Shown: one piece after another, positions 47,500 through 59,511 of the stretch | How positions within the stretch are numbered: the stretch's first letter is position 1 | Layout: every line of letters starts with the position of its first letter | Source of the DNA: Lama guanicoe | Taxonomy: Eukaryota | Reading direction: 5' to 3' | NCBI GenBank assembly: GCA_013239625.1 | Contig: MU053995.1 | Location: 186,001 to 250,000 of the forward strand | Length of the DNA stretch: 64,000 nt | Notes under the pieces: model-generated | Seen by the model: only the letters and a program-made list of their open reading frames with translations | What the model was told of the DNA's origin: nothing | Database searches by the model: none | Made by a program: the position numbers and the translations under genes

Positions 47500-48350
47500 T
47501 GTGCAACTGCAGAGGCAGCGGGCTTCGGTGCAAGTGCGCTGTTGCCTCCCTCATTTCGAAACTGGGTCTTCCCAGGCCCCGGAACCCCCGCCGGGCTCCT
47601 CAATACGTACTTGCACCCGTGGGAGCCGCAGCCGCTGGGGGTCCTCGCTCGCGAGGTCCTTCCCCGTCCCCGGGGAACCCGTGCGGCTGCAGGGCCGCCG
47701 TGGCCGGCAGGTCTTCGTCCCCCGGAGCGGACGCCTGAGCCCGCAGCCGGTCCAGGGCGCCCAGGCCCGGCACCTCGAAGCCGCCGTCCCCCAGCGGCGC
47801 CGAGGGCGAGTCGCGCGAGGCGGGGAGGAAGGGCGTGTCCAGGGGCGAGCTGGGCGGGGACAGCGAGGACAGGGAGGAGCGCGAGGACAGGGACGCCAGG
47901 GACTGGGGCGTGTCCAGGGAGCGCCTCTGTTTGTGGAAGGCGGAGGGGCCCGGGGGCTCGGTGAAGGGGGCGTCCCGGCCCAGGGAGTCGAAGGGGACCA
48001 GGTCGAAGCGCAGAGGCTGGCCGCCGTCGGCGGCGTCGGGCTTCTCGTACTGCGGGAGTCCGTAGATGTCGGTGAAGCTGACGGAGCTCAGGGAGCCGCG
48101 GCTGGAGGCCAGCGAGCCGCGGCTGGAGGCCAGCGAGCCGCGGCTGCTCCCGGAGGACACCGTCAGGGTGCTGGCGGACAGGCTGCAACGAGAGCGCCCG
48201 GAGCTGAGGACAGCAGCCCGGAGACCGGGAGCCCGCCGACTCCCACTGTGGGCCTCCCCACTGTGGGCCGAGCATCTGCTCTGCGCCCCGAGGGAACGCA
48301 GTCCTGCCTCCTTCCCCCACGAAGCCCCCACCCCGGCCCGCCTTTAACAC
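47500..48350. promoter_or_regulatory. Intragenic CpG-island-like region over the large WWC3 exon
   Basis: Very high GC and dense CpG, with an abrupt change to AT-rich DNA at ~48350. Confidence 0.7.
47611..48182 (-). CDS. WWC3: WWC3 large Ser-rich exon LSASTLTVSSGSSRGSLASS...PTGA
   Basis: ttgcag|C...A|gtacgt, 572 nt, within ORF 47600..48331; very close to recalled human peptide. Confidence 0.95.
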
Positions 48351-49060
48351 CTGTGAGCATCTTAAGGCCCTTTGTGAATATTTCCTTTGTTGCTTGTTAG
48401 TATTTTTATGACATTACAGTAAGTGACTCAAATTTGGTCAAAACATATCCTATTAATTGTGAAAAATTATTTTGGTAATCTTTAAAAACACCTTTCTTGA
48501 TCTCTAGGCAACTACTTTTGAGCTCTATCTAATGATAAATACATGCACAAAGTATAAAAACACACATGAAAATATAATTCGTATTTTTTCCCTTCCATTT
48601 TACTTGACACTTCTTGGTTCTCTTTATTACAAACTCTCAAAGGCACACAGTAAAAGCTTTTTCATCAGTTAATTTACTTCAATTAGTGAAACTACTTATC
48701 CTAAACTGATCCTATTCTGTTCCCTTTAATTAATTCTGTAGTTGTCATTTTATTTAAAATCCAAAAATAAAAATGTCCTGTGCATAAATGGTGATGGATG
48801 TCATACTTCTATAGCTGTGAATTAGAAACTAAAATATTCATGTAAATTTGATTTCACATTTGTTACTGAAAAAACAAATTCAATTCTCTTCATATTCCTT
48901 GAATCAAATGTTAAGTTTGTTCCAAAAATTTAACACATCCATTTTCCCATTTCATGTTCAAGTTCAAAGTTATAGTAGGAAAAGGGAAGTACGAAGTTCA
49001 TGAATATATTTTATAACAAACCACTATTAGTAGTAAGTCTCCTCTTTTAAAGATATGTAC

Positions 49061-49150
49061 CTTTTTAACTGGGACTGGAGATAGGACATTAATCGAGTAG
49101 CTTCTTCCAGCTGGATTTGCAGACAGTTTCTTTTTTTCTGAAGTAGAATC
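49061..49150 (-). CDS. WWC3: WWC3 exon ILLQKKRNCLQIQLEEATRLMSYLQSQLK (coiled coil)
   Basis: ctatag|G...AG|gtacat, 90 nt, phase 2-2; matches recalled human ILLQEKRNCLLMQLEEATRLTSYLQSQLK. Confidence 0.92.
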
Positions 49151-50394
49151 CTATAGGTAACAAAACACTCCACTGGTGGATTTCGAAGATAGAGAGTATA
49201 TTTTCCTAACAAGAAGCTCAATGATAAATTCCCCCAAACAGATGAATGAATATCAATTCAAAAAGCCCATCTAGGTCACAAGTTTCAAGATAACCAAAAC
49301 TGCTTTTGTCTTATTTGAGACTATATCCATAGAATCCTGAACACTGTCAGCTGATCTACTCTAGAACCTGGATGGATGGATGAATAGATATGTGGGTGGA
49401 TGGATAGAGGGTAAGGTGTAGGTAAATCAGTGTCTCTGTATAAAGGCAAGAGTATTTAGTCCCCACTATTCAACAATTATTTATTGCATGCCCTCCTCTA
49501 CGAAGTAGGCTCACTACACTAGGGGAAAAACTATTATAGATGATTATAAAATAGAAAAAAGGAAGAAAGAAGAAAAATAATTCCAATCTCATGATGTAGT
49601 GATACAGTTTTTATCCTGTTTTATTTGACTGTGGTTTTTTATTCTATAGACACTACAATTACATTTATTTTTGCCTGTAAGAGGGTCTCAGATAAGTGAA
49701 TTGTATTTATTCCTACCTCAGGGCCCCAGACTTCTCATCTTCCGTCTTGCCTCAAGTGAAGAAACACAGAATGAGGATACAGGCCTGCATCCATTAGGCC
49801 TAGAACATCATAAACTGCAGGAATTCCTGCAGGGTATTTGGCCCCAAATCCAGTGGGATTTGCAAACAGAAATTGTTTACAGGAGAAAAGTGCTCAATAT
49901 AAAGGCTTATTAGCAGATATGTATGCCACTTTTTACCTGAGGCCATTTAGTGGTAGATTATGGAGAAACATTTAGCCAATTCAGTCCCAGATTGAAATTC
50001 TATGCTTTAAAGATACTGTCTATTTCTAAAAATTTAAGACATACTATTAACATTCATTCCAAAACTACAAATAAAACCTCATCTGAAATACAAATATAAA
50101 ATTTCCATGAGAAAGGCAAAATATCCAGAAGCATTCATGTCCTGTTTCTGGAAGGCTAAACCCAGATACCTAATTACAATGAAGACCTGTAAGAGAAGGT
50201 ACAAAGTTGAACTGAAGGATACTTTTATACCTTTGACTTTGGTAAAGTCTACATGAAGTACTGACACAGAGGCTATCAGGAATTCTGGAAGACTATAGGC
50301 CAGATATAAGACTTTAGGAGGCTGAAATCTTCCACATCCACTTCTACCTTCTCAGCAGCTGTCCTGAGCTCCACTCTCAGCTCTTCCAACAATC

Positions 50395-53300
50395 ACATGG
50401 TGCAGCAGTAGGACCACAAGCTCACATCCCCTCACAACTACAAGGAAACCATGACTGCTGAACAACCATTGGAAAAAAGACTGGAATCTAGCAAAAAAGA
50501 CCTTCAACTGGAAACATAAAGAGGGAACCACAACAGGATGGTAGGAGGGGGGTGCTCATCGTATAATTGGCCCCTTACCCTTTAGGTGGGTGACCCACAA
50601 GCTGAAGAATAATTAAGTCACAGAGGCCTTCCCACTGGAGTGAGAGATTTAAGCCCCATGTCAACCTCTCCAGCTCAGGTCTGGGTATTGGGAAGGGAGA
50701 TGTTCGGGACATCTGGTTTTGAAGGCCAGTGGGGCTTAGCTCCAGGAGCCCACAGGAATGGGGAGACAGAGACTTCATTCTCTTAGGAAGCATACACAGA
50801 ATCTCACGTATGACAGGTCCAAGGGCAGAGGAAGTGATTTCATAGGAACCTGGGCCAGACTTGACTGCTGGTTTCAGAAGGTTTCCAGGGGACACAGGAG
50901 ACAGCTGTGGTTTACTCAGGGGACATAAAACCTGGTGTCAGACATTCTGGAGGTGTTCATATGCAGGAGCTTTCCTAGAGGCTGATATCTTCATTGGATT
51001 ATTGGAACCAAGACCCAGCCCCACCCAACAGCCTGTAGGGAAGCCTCAGGCCAAACAACATGCATAGTGGGAACACAGCCCCACCCCTCAGCAGACTTCC
51101 TGAGCCACAAAGGCATCTAGACACGGCCCTACCCACCAGAGGTCCAGGACCAAGCTCCACCCAGCAGTGGGCAGGCACTGGCTCCTCCTGCCAGGAAACC
51201 TGCATAAGCCTCTAGTCCAGCCTCATCCACCAGGGGCAGATACCAGAAATAAGAACACAAAACCCCAAAGACTGTGGAAGGAGTCCACAAACACAGGCCA
51301 GAGTCTGCACTGGGACCGGCTGGACCCTGGCCCTTGGGTGACAAGATAGGAGTCTAATACTGAGACACATAGGACATCTCCCACAGAGGGCCCTCTCCAA
51401 GGTCGAGAAATGCAACTTACCTACCTAAAAATACAAGTAGAAAGACAAACAACATGAGGTGGCAGAAGAATGTCTCCTAGGACAAGACATAAGATAAAAT
51501 CTAAGAAGAAACAATTGATGAGGACATAGGCAATTTATATAAGAAACAGTTTATAAATAATAATGGTGAAGATGTTCAGAGAACTCAATAGAAGTACAGA
51601 TGCACAGAGCGAAGTTTTTAGCAAAAAGATGAAAAATGCACAGAATCCCCCAACAAAATTGAAGAATATAATTACTGAAATTAATAATACGCCAGAAGGA
51701 ACCAAGAAGAGACTAAATGAGGCAGAAGAATGAATTACTGAGCTAGAAGACAGATTAGTGGAAATCACTACTGCAGAACAGAAAAAAGAATGAAAAGGAA
51801 TGAGGATAGGTTAAGAGAACTCTGGGACAACATTAAGCACACTAATATTCGCATTATAGGGGCCCCAGAAGGGGGAGAGAGAGAAAGAACCTAAGAAAAT
51901 TTCTAGAGAGTTAATAACTAAAAATTTCTCCAACATGGGAGAGGAAACAGTCACCCAAGCCCAAGAAGTGCAGAGTTCTACACAGAATCAACCCAAAGAG
52001 GAACACACCAAGGTATACAGCCATCAAATTGACAAAAATTAAGGATAAGGAGAAAATATTGAAATCAGCAAGAAAAAAAGAAACAAATAATATACAAGGA
52101 ACTCCCATAAGGTTATCAGCTTATTTTTCAGCAGAAACTCTACAGGCCATAAAGGAGTGGTAGGATATATTCAAAGTGGTGAAAGGGAAAAATTTACAAA
52201 CAAGCAACCAGCAAGGCTCTCATTCATACTTGAAAGAGAAAGCCAAAAGATTTAAGCACCTCCAAACCAGCTTTAAAACAAGTATTAAAGGAATTTCTCT
52301 AGTCATCAAAGCAGAAGAAAACAGAACAAAAAGAAGAAAGAGAGAAAAAGAGAGAGAGACTTAGAAAAACAAACTCAAAACAATTAACGTAATGGCAATA
52401 GGAACACATCTATCAATAATTACCTTAAATGTAAATGGATTAAATGCTCCAATCAAAACACATAGACTGATGCAGTGGATACAAAAACAAGACCCATATA
52501 TATGCTGTCTACAAGAGACCCACTTCAGAGCTAGAAACATGTGCAGGCTGAAGAAAGGGGATGGAAAAAGATATTCCATGCAAAAGAAAGCTGGAGTAGG
52601 AATACTTATATCAGACAAAAAAGATTTTTAAAATAAAGACTATTAAAAGAGACAAATAAGGACACTACATAATGCTCAAGGGATCACTCCAAGAAAAGGA
52701 TATAATAATTGTAAATATATATGCACCCAACACAACAGCTACTGAATATAGAACGCAACTGTCAACATACATAAAAAGAGAAATTGACAATAACACAATA
52801 ATGTGACTCATCTTAACACCCCACTATACCAATGGACAGATCACTCAGACAGAAAATTAATAAAGAAATACACACCCCGAATGACACATTAGGCCAGATG
52901 GACTTAGTTGATATTAACAGAGAATTTCACCCGAAAAAAAACAGAATACATTTTCTTCTCAGATGCACACAGAACGTTCTCCAAAATCGACAACATGCTG
53001 GCCCACAAAGTAAACCTCAGGAAATTTAAGGAAATTGAAATTGTAACAATCATCTTTTCCAACCACAACACTAAGAGGTTAGAAATTAGTAACAAGAAAA
53101 AAAACTGCAAAAACTGCAAATACATGGAGGTTAAATAATACGCCACTACACAACCAGTGGATCATGGAAGAAATCAAAGAGTATATCAAAAACTACTCTG
53201 AGACAAATGAAAACGGAAATACAACAATCCAAGATCTCTGATCGGTAATTAAAAACCTCCCAACAAACCAAAGTCCAGGACCAGACGTCTTCACAGGTGA

Positions 53301-55660
53301 ATTGTACAAACCATTCAGAGAAGAGTTAACACCTACCCTTCTGAAACTATTCCAAAATATTGCAGAGGAAGGAACACTTCCAAACTCATTCTATGTGGCC
53401 AATATCACCCTGATACCAAAACTAGACAAAGATACGACACACACAAAAAAGAAAATTACAGGCTAATATCACTTAGGAATATAGATGCAAAAATCCTCAA
53501 AAAAAAAATACTAGCAAATCTATTCCAACAATGCACTACAAGGATCATGCACCACAATCAAGTGGCATTTATCCCAGGGATGCAGGGATTTTTCAATATC
53601 CACAAATCAATCAGTGTGATGCACCACATTAACCAACTAAAGAATAAAAACCATATGATCATCTCAAAGGATGCAGAAAAAGCTTATGATAAAATTCAAC
53701 ATCCACTTATGACAGAAATGTTCCAGAAAGTGGACAGAGATGGAACATACCTCAACATAATAAAGGCCATGAGTGACAGTCCCACAGTTAACATCACACT
53801 TAACAGAGAAAGGTTGAAAGCATTTCCTCTAAGATCAGGAAAAAAACAAGGATGCCCACTCTCACCACCTTCATTCAACATAGTTTTGGAAGTCCTAGGC
53901 ATAGCAATCAGAGAAGAAAAAGAAATAAAAGGAATCCAAATAGGAAAAGAAGAAGTAAAACTGTCACTGTCTGCAGACAACAAAAAGCTATACATAGAAA
54001 ACCCAAAAAAAAGCAACCAGAAAACTATCGGAAGTCATCAGTAAATATAGTAAAGTTGTAGGGTACAAAATTAATATACAGAGATCAGTTACATTTCTAT
54101 ACACTAATGACAAAACAGCAGAAAGCAAAATTAAGGAAACGGTATCATTTACCATCATGCCAAGAAGAGCAGAATACCTAGGAATAAACCCACCCAAGGA
54201 GGCAAAAGACCTGTATGCTAAAAACTAGAAGACACGGATGAAAAAAACTGAAGACAACATAAACAAATGGAAAGATGGGATGGGAAGAATCAATATTGTT
54301 AAAATGGCCATACCACCCGAGACATTATACAAATTCAATGCAATCTCTACCAAATTACCAACAACATTCATCACAGAGCTGGAACAAAAAAAGGTAAAAT
54401 TTGTATGGAAACACAAAAGACCCTGAAGAGCCAAAACAATCTTGAAAAAGAAGAACAGAGCAGGGTGGGAATCATGCTCCCTGACTTCAGATTATACTAC
54501 AGAGGTAGAGTAATCAAAACAGTATGGTGCTGGCACAAAAACAGATACATAGACCAAAGGAACAGGACAGAGAGCCCAGAAATAAACCCACACACTTATG
54601 GTCAATTAACCTATGACAAAGAAGGCAAGAATATACAATGGAAAAAAAGACAGTCTCTTCAACAGGTTCTGCTGGGAAAACACCATATACAAAAATAAAT
54701 TCAAAATGGACTAAAGACCTAAATGCGAGACCAGATACTATAAAACTCCTAGAGGAAAACAAGCTGAACACTCTTGGACATAAATCACAGCAATACGTTT
54801 TGTGAACCAGCTCCTGGCGCAATGAAAATAAAAGCAAAAATAAACAAATGGGATCTATTTAAACTTAAAAGCTTTTACACAGCAAAGGATACCATCAACA
54901 CAACAAAAAGATAACCTACAGGATGGAAGAGAATATTTGCAAATGATGCAAACAACAAGGGACTAATTTCCCAAATATACAAACAGCTCATACACCTTAA
55001 TATCAAAAAAAAAAGCAACCCAATCCATAAATGGTCAGAGAACCTAAACAAGCAATTTTCCAATGAAGACACACAAAGGGCCAATTAACACATGAAAAAC
55101 TGCTCAGAATCACTAATTATCAGAGAAACGCAAATCAAAACTACAATGAGGTATCACCTCACACCAGTCAGAATGGCCATCATTCAAAAGTCCACAAATG
55201 ATAGATGCTGGACAGGCTGCTGAGAAAAGGAAACCCTCCTACACTGCTGGTGGGAATGCAGTTTGGTGCAGCCACTGTGGAAAACAGTATGGAGATTCCT
55301 TAAAAGACTAGGAATAGACTTACCCTATGATCCAGCAATCCCACTGCTGAGCACATCCCCAGAGAAAAATAAAATTCAAAAAGACACCTGCACCCCAATG
55401 TTCACAGGAGCACTATTTACAACAGCCAAGACATGGAAAGAGCCTAAATGTCCATCAACAGATGACTGGGTAAAGATGATGTAGTACAGATAGAACAGAA
55501 TACAATTAAGCCATGAGAAATAATAAAATAATGCCATTTGCAGCAACATGGATGGACATGGAGATCATCATTCTAAGTGAACTAAGCCAGAAAGAGAAAT
55601 TCCATATAATATTGCTTCTATGTAGAATCTTAAATAAAGGACATAAATGAACTACTTATT
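50395..55660 (+). mobile_element. Near full-length L1 (5'UTR, ORF1, ORF2 with an internal deletion at ~53240), inactive
   Basis: ORF2 start MAIGTHLSIITLNVNGLNAPIK at 52392; RT peptide 53547..54044; many stops. Confidence 0.93.
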
Positions 55661-55806
55661 ATTTAAAACTTAGATGATTTATTTCTTGAATATGTGTAAG
55701 CACCTTTGACTGTCCTTTTATGATTGGATTACTGCATTCTGTTCATTATTTTGTGATTAGCTTTACTCCTTTCAGAACTATGTAAATTTAAAAAGCTAAA
55801 GCTCTA

Positions 55807-57957
55807 GAGAAGGGTACACAGAATCTTGCCTGTACCAGGTCCAAGGGCAGAGGAAGTGATTTCATAGGAACTTGAGCCAAGCTGCCTGCTCGATTTGGAG
55901 AGTCTCCTGAGGATGCAGGAAACAGTGCGGTTCACCCAGGGGACATAAAAGCAGGTGGCGGACATTCCAGGAGTGTTCATGTACATGAGCTTTCCTGGAA
56001 GCTGACATCTTGATTGGATCATTAGCACCAAAACCTAGCCCCACCAAACAGCCTGTAGGGAAGCCTCAGGCCAAACAACATACAGGGTGGGAACATAGCC
56101 CCACCCATCAGCAGGCTTCCTGAGCCACAAAGGCCTCTAGACATGTCCCTACCCACCAGAGGTCCAGGACCAAGCTCTACCTAGCAGGTACCAGCCCCTC
56201 CTGCCAGAAAACCTGCATAAGCCTCTAGTCCAGCCTCACCCACTGGGGCAGATACTAGAAATAAGAACACAATAACCCCAAAGCCTGTGGAAGGAGTCCA
56301 CAAACACAGGCCAGAGTCTGCACTGGGAATGGCTAGACACTGACAACTGGGTGACAAGAGAGCAGTGAGTGCACTGCTGAGACACATAGGACATATCCCA
56401 CAGAGGGCCCTCTCCAAGGTCGAGAAATGCAACTTATCTACCCAAAAGTACAAATAGAAAGATAGACAGTATGAGGTGGCAGACGAGTATCTTCTAGGCT
56501 AAGGCATAAGATAAAATCCCAGAAGAAAAAATAAGTGATAAGGAGGTAGACAATTAATCTGAGTTTAAAAAGAGGTTAATGATGGTGAAGATGTTCAGAG
56601 AACTCAAAGAAGTATAAATACAAAGAGCAAAGTTTTTAGCAAAGAGTTGGAAAATACAAGAATACCCAAACAGAGATGAAGAATAAAATCACTGAATGAA
56701 CAATACACTAGAAGGAAGCCAGAATAGACTAAATGAGGCAGAAGAACGGATCAGTGAGCTAGAAGACAGATTAGTGGAAATCACTACTTCAGAATGGAAA
56801 AAAGAAAAAGAATGAAAAGAAATAAGAATAGATTAAGAGAACTCTGGGACAATAGGAAGTGCACTAATATTCGCATTAAAGGGTCCCAGAAAGAGAAGAG
56901 AGATAGAAAGGATCTGAGAAAAGTTCTGGAGAGATAACCACTGAAAATTTCCCCAACTTGGGAAAGGAAACAGTCACCCAAGTTCTGAAAGTACAGAGAG
57001 TACCACACAGGATCACCCCAAAGAGGAACACACCACAGCACATAGTCATCAAACTGACAACAACTAAGCGTAAGGAGAAAATATTAAAATTAGCAAGAGA
57101 AAAGCAACAGATAACATGCAAGGGAACTCACATAAGGTTATCAGCTGATTTTTCATCAGAAACTCTACAGGCCAGAAGGAAGGGGCATGACATATTTAAA
57201 GTGATGAAAGAGGGAAACTTACAACCAAGAATATTCTATCTAGCAAGGCTCTAGTTCAGATTTGATGGAGAAATCAAAAGCTTCAGAGATAAACAAAAGC
57301 TAAGAAGATCTCAGCACCACAAAACCAGCTTTACAACAAATGTTAAAGGAATTTCTCTCATCATCAAGCCATAATAAAAGAGAACAAAAAAGGAGAAGAG
57401 GGGGGAAGGAGAGACCTACAAAAGATTGCTATGACTGTTCGGGTTCTTTAGTGGTTTTTTTTAAATTTTGGACTTGTTTGTTCTAGTTCTGTGAGGAATG
57501 TCCCAAGTACTTTGATGGGGGTTACACTGGATCTGTGGATTGCTTTGGGCAGTGTGGCCATTTTGACAATGTTGATTCTTCCAATCCAAGAGCACAAGAA
57601 AGCTCTTCATTTCTTTGTGTCATTTTGGTATTCAGAGTATAGGTAACCTCCTTGATTAAGTTTGTTTCTAGGTATTTTGTTGTTTTTGATGTAATGGAAA
57701 TGCCTCTGCCAGTTATAAAATTCAGGTTTTTGAAGTGAAAAAAATAAGTGAATGAAGGGCTGCAAATGGCAAAATAGCCTTCTTTCTTATGGGTGAGTTG
57801 TATTCCATTACACATATATAAGTTTATATATATATATAAGCTGCATCTTCATTATCTATTCAACTGTTGATGCACACTTAGGATGCTTCCATATCTTGGC
57901 AATTATAAATAATGTTACTGGTAATATCAGGGTGTATATATATTTCTGAGTTAATTT
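55807..57957 (+). mobile_element. Second related L1 5'UTR/ORF1 piece followed by inverted L1 fragments (~57425-57957)
   Basis: 55807-57420 parallels 50785-52360; ORF 56958..57254 is an L1 ORF1 peptide. Confidence 0.85.
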
Positions 57958-58075
57958 TTATTTTGTGCTTGGCTTTATTCCTTTGATACTATGTAAGTTT
58001 AAAAAGCTAAAGCTGTAAACATTCTTAGAAACAATGAACAGTATATATATGTAAATTTAAAAATACATGTGCAGT

Positions 58076-58589
58076 AAAAAAAAATGAGCTATCAAGCCAT
58101 GAAAGACATGGAACTTAAAATATGTATTACTACATGAAAGAAACCACTCTGAAAAGGCTACAAACTGTACGATTCCAACCAAAAGACATTCTGGAAAAGG
58201 CACAACTACAGAAACAACAGAAAGATTGTGGTTTCCAGGGGTTTGGGGAGAAGGAAGGAGGGAGGAATCAATAGACATTTTTAGGGCAATGAAATTATTC
58301 TGTATGATACTATAGTGGTAGCAACCATGTCATTATGCATTTTTCAAAGCCCATAGAGTGTACAACACTACGAGTGAACCCTACTGTAAACTGTGGACTT
58401 TGGCTGATAATAATGTGACCGTGTTGGTTCATTGATTGTACCAAATATGTCACACTGATGAGGGAGGCTGTGGGTAGGGGAGTATATATGTGTGGGTGGG
58501 GAGGGCTATGTGTGGACCCTATTTTCTGCTTAATCTGTTGTGAATCTCAAGATGTCCTAAAAGAATAAAGTCTATTAAATAAAAAAAAA
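58076..58589 (+). mobile_element. L1MC-type 3' end
   Basis: gagctatcaagccatgaaag...gtgaaccctactgtaaactgtggactttgg...aataaagtctattaa plus A tail. Confidence 0.75.
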
Positions 58590-59009
58590 GCTAAAGCTCT
58601 AAATGTTCCTAGAGACAATAAACAGTATATATATGTAAATTTTAAAAATATGTGGAATATATTGTGTATATTTACATGCAATATACTGTATATGTGCAGT
58701 CAAATTGTAACAATTCTACCTAATAAAACAGAACTGAAAAATAATCAAGAGGAAGGCGATTAAATGCCTACATAAAAACAACAAAAATTAAAAAACAAAC
58801 AAAACAAAATCCTACAGTAAAAACAAAAAGAAAAAAAAATGCTATCTCAGTTTCTATACAGTCCTACATCACACACATCATATTCCAAATTCCAAACTCA
58901 TGCTGATATTGCTTATAAATCTCTGTTTATAAATCCCTATTCTTCAAAAATACATCTTAAATACAGGACAACTATCCATAGCTGACTCAAAATATTAAAG
59001 TTTATATAC

Positions 59010-59500
59010 TTCTAAAGTGGCCCTCAAAAATCTTTACCTTCCATTATTCAGCCCATGTGTAATTCCCTTCCCCTGAAAGTCAGATGAACCTAGTGACTTA
59101 ATTTGATCTAACAGAACAGAGGAAACATGAAAGGAAGTCATTTCTGTGATAGGTTACAGAAATTGATAGGTTACAATGGATTTTAACTCCTATCATATTG
59201 GGAGACTTTCTCTATTGCCTTTTCTGCTTGCACATTTTGATGAAACAATCTGCTATCTTGAGGAAATTAATGTGACAAGGGACAGTGGCCCTCACTCCAA
59301 CAGCTTGTGATAAACTGAATCTGGTAACATTCGTATGAGACTAACTTTCTGGCTGACACATTTACTGCAGTTTTGAAACCCTAAAGCAGAAGACATTACA
59401 GCAGACTCCCGGTCCACAAAAATTGTGAGACAATAAATGTGTGTTGCTTTAATTTGTTAGGTTTGGGGGGGAAATCTGTTATATGACAAGAACTAACAAT
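59010..59500 (+). mobile_element. MLT1-type MaLR LTR
   Basis: ccacaaaaattgtgagacaataaatgtgtgttgcttt...tctgttat terminal motif. Confidence 0.7.
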
Positions 59501-59511
59501 GGAATTAGACA

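Larger units (their letters stand above)
28903..49150 (-). pseudogene. WWC3: WWC3 homologue, last 14 coding exons; degenerate or possibly pseudogenised, likely Y gametolog WWC3Y
   Basis: 14 exons with compatible phases translate to the recognisable C-terminal part of WWC3 (SSRGSLASSRGSL, C2 domain, RSDSDSS, SLDLELDLQA, EKIAFFTRP..DV*). Two lesions: 1-nt deletion at ~43016-43020 and AT instead of GT at the donor 41773-41774. Gene identity is high confidence; pseudogene status is moderate. Confidence 0.65.

Noticed and set aside
48088..48150. 21-bp tandem repeat encoding SSRGSL(A) three times
   Set aside because: Normal conserved WWC-family feature.
47318..48400. 360-aa plus-strand ORF and 286-aa alternative minus-frame ORF
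   Set aside because: Shadow ORFs of the GC-rich WWC3 exon; no recognisable protein.
50395..55660. Potentially active full-length L1
   Set aside because: ORF1 and ORF2 are fragmented by stops, frameshifts and a deletion.
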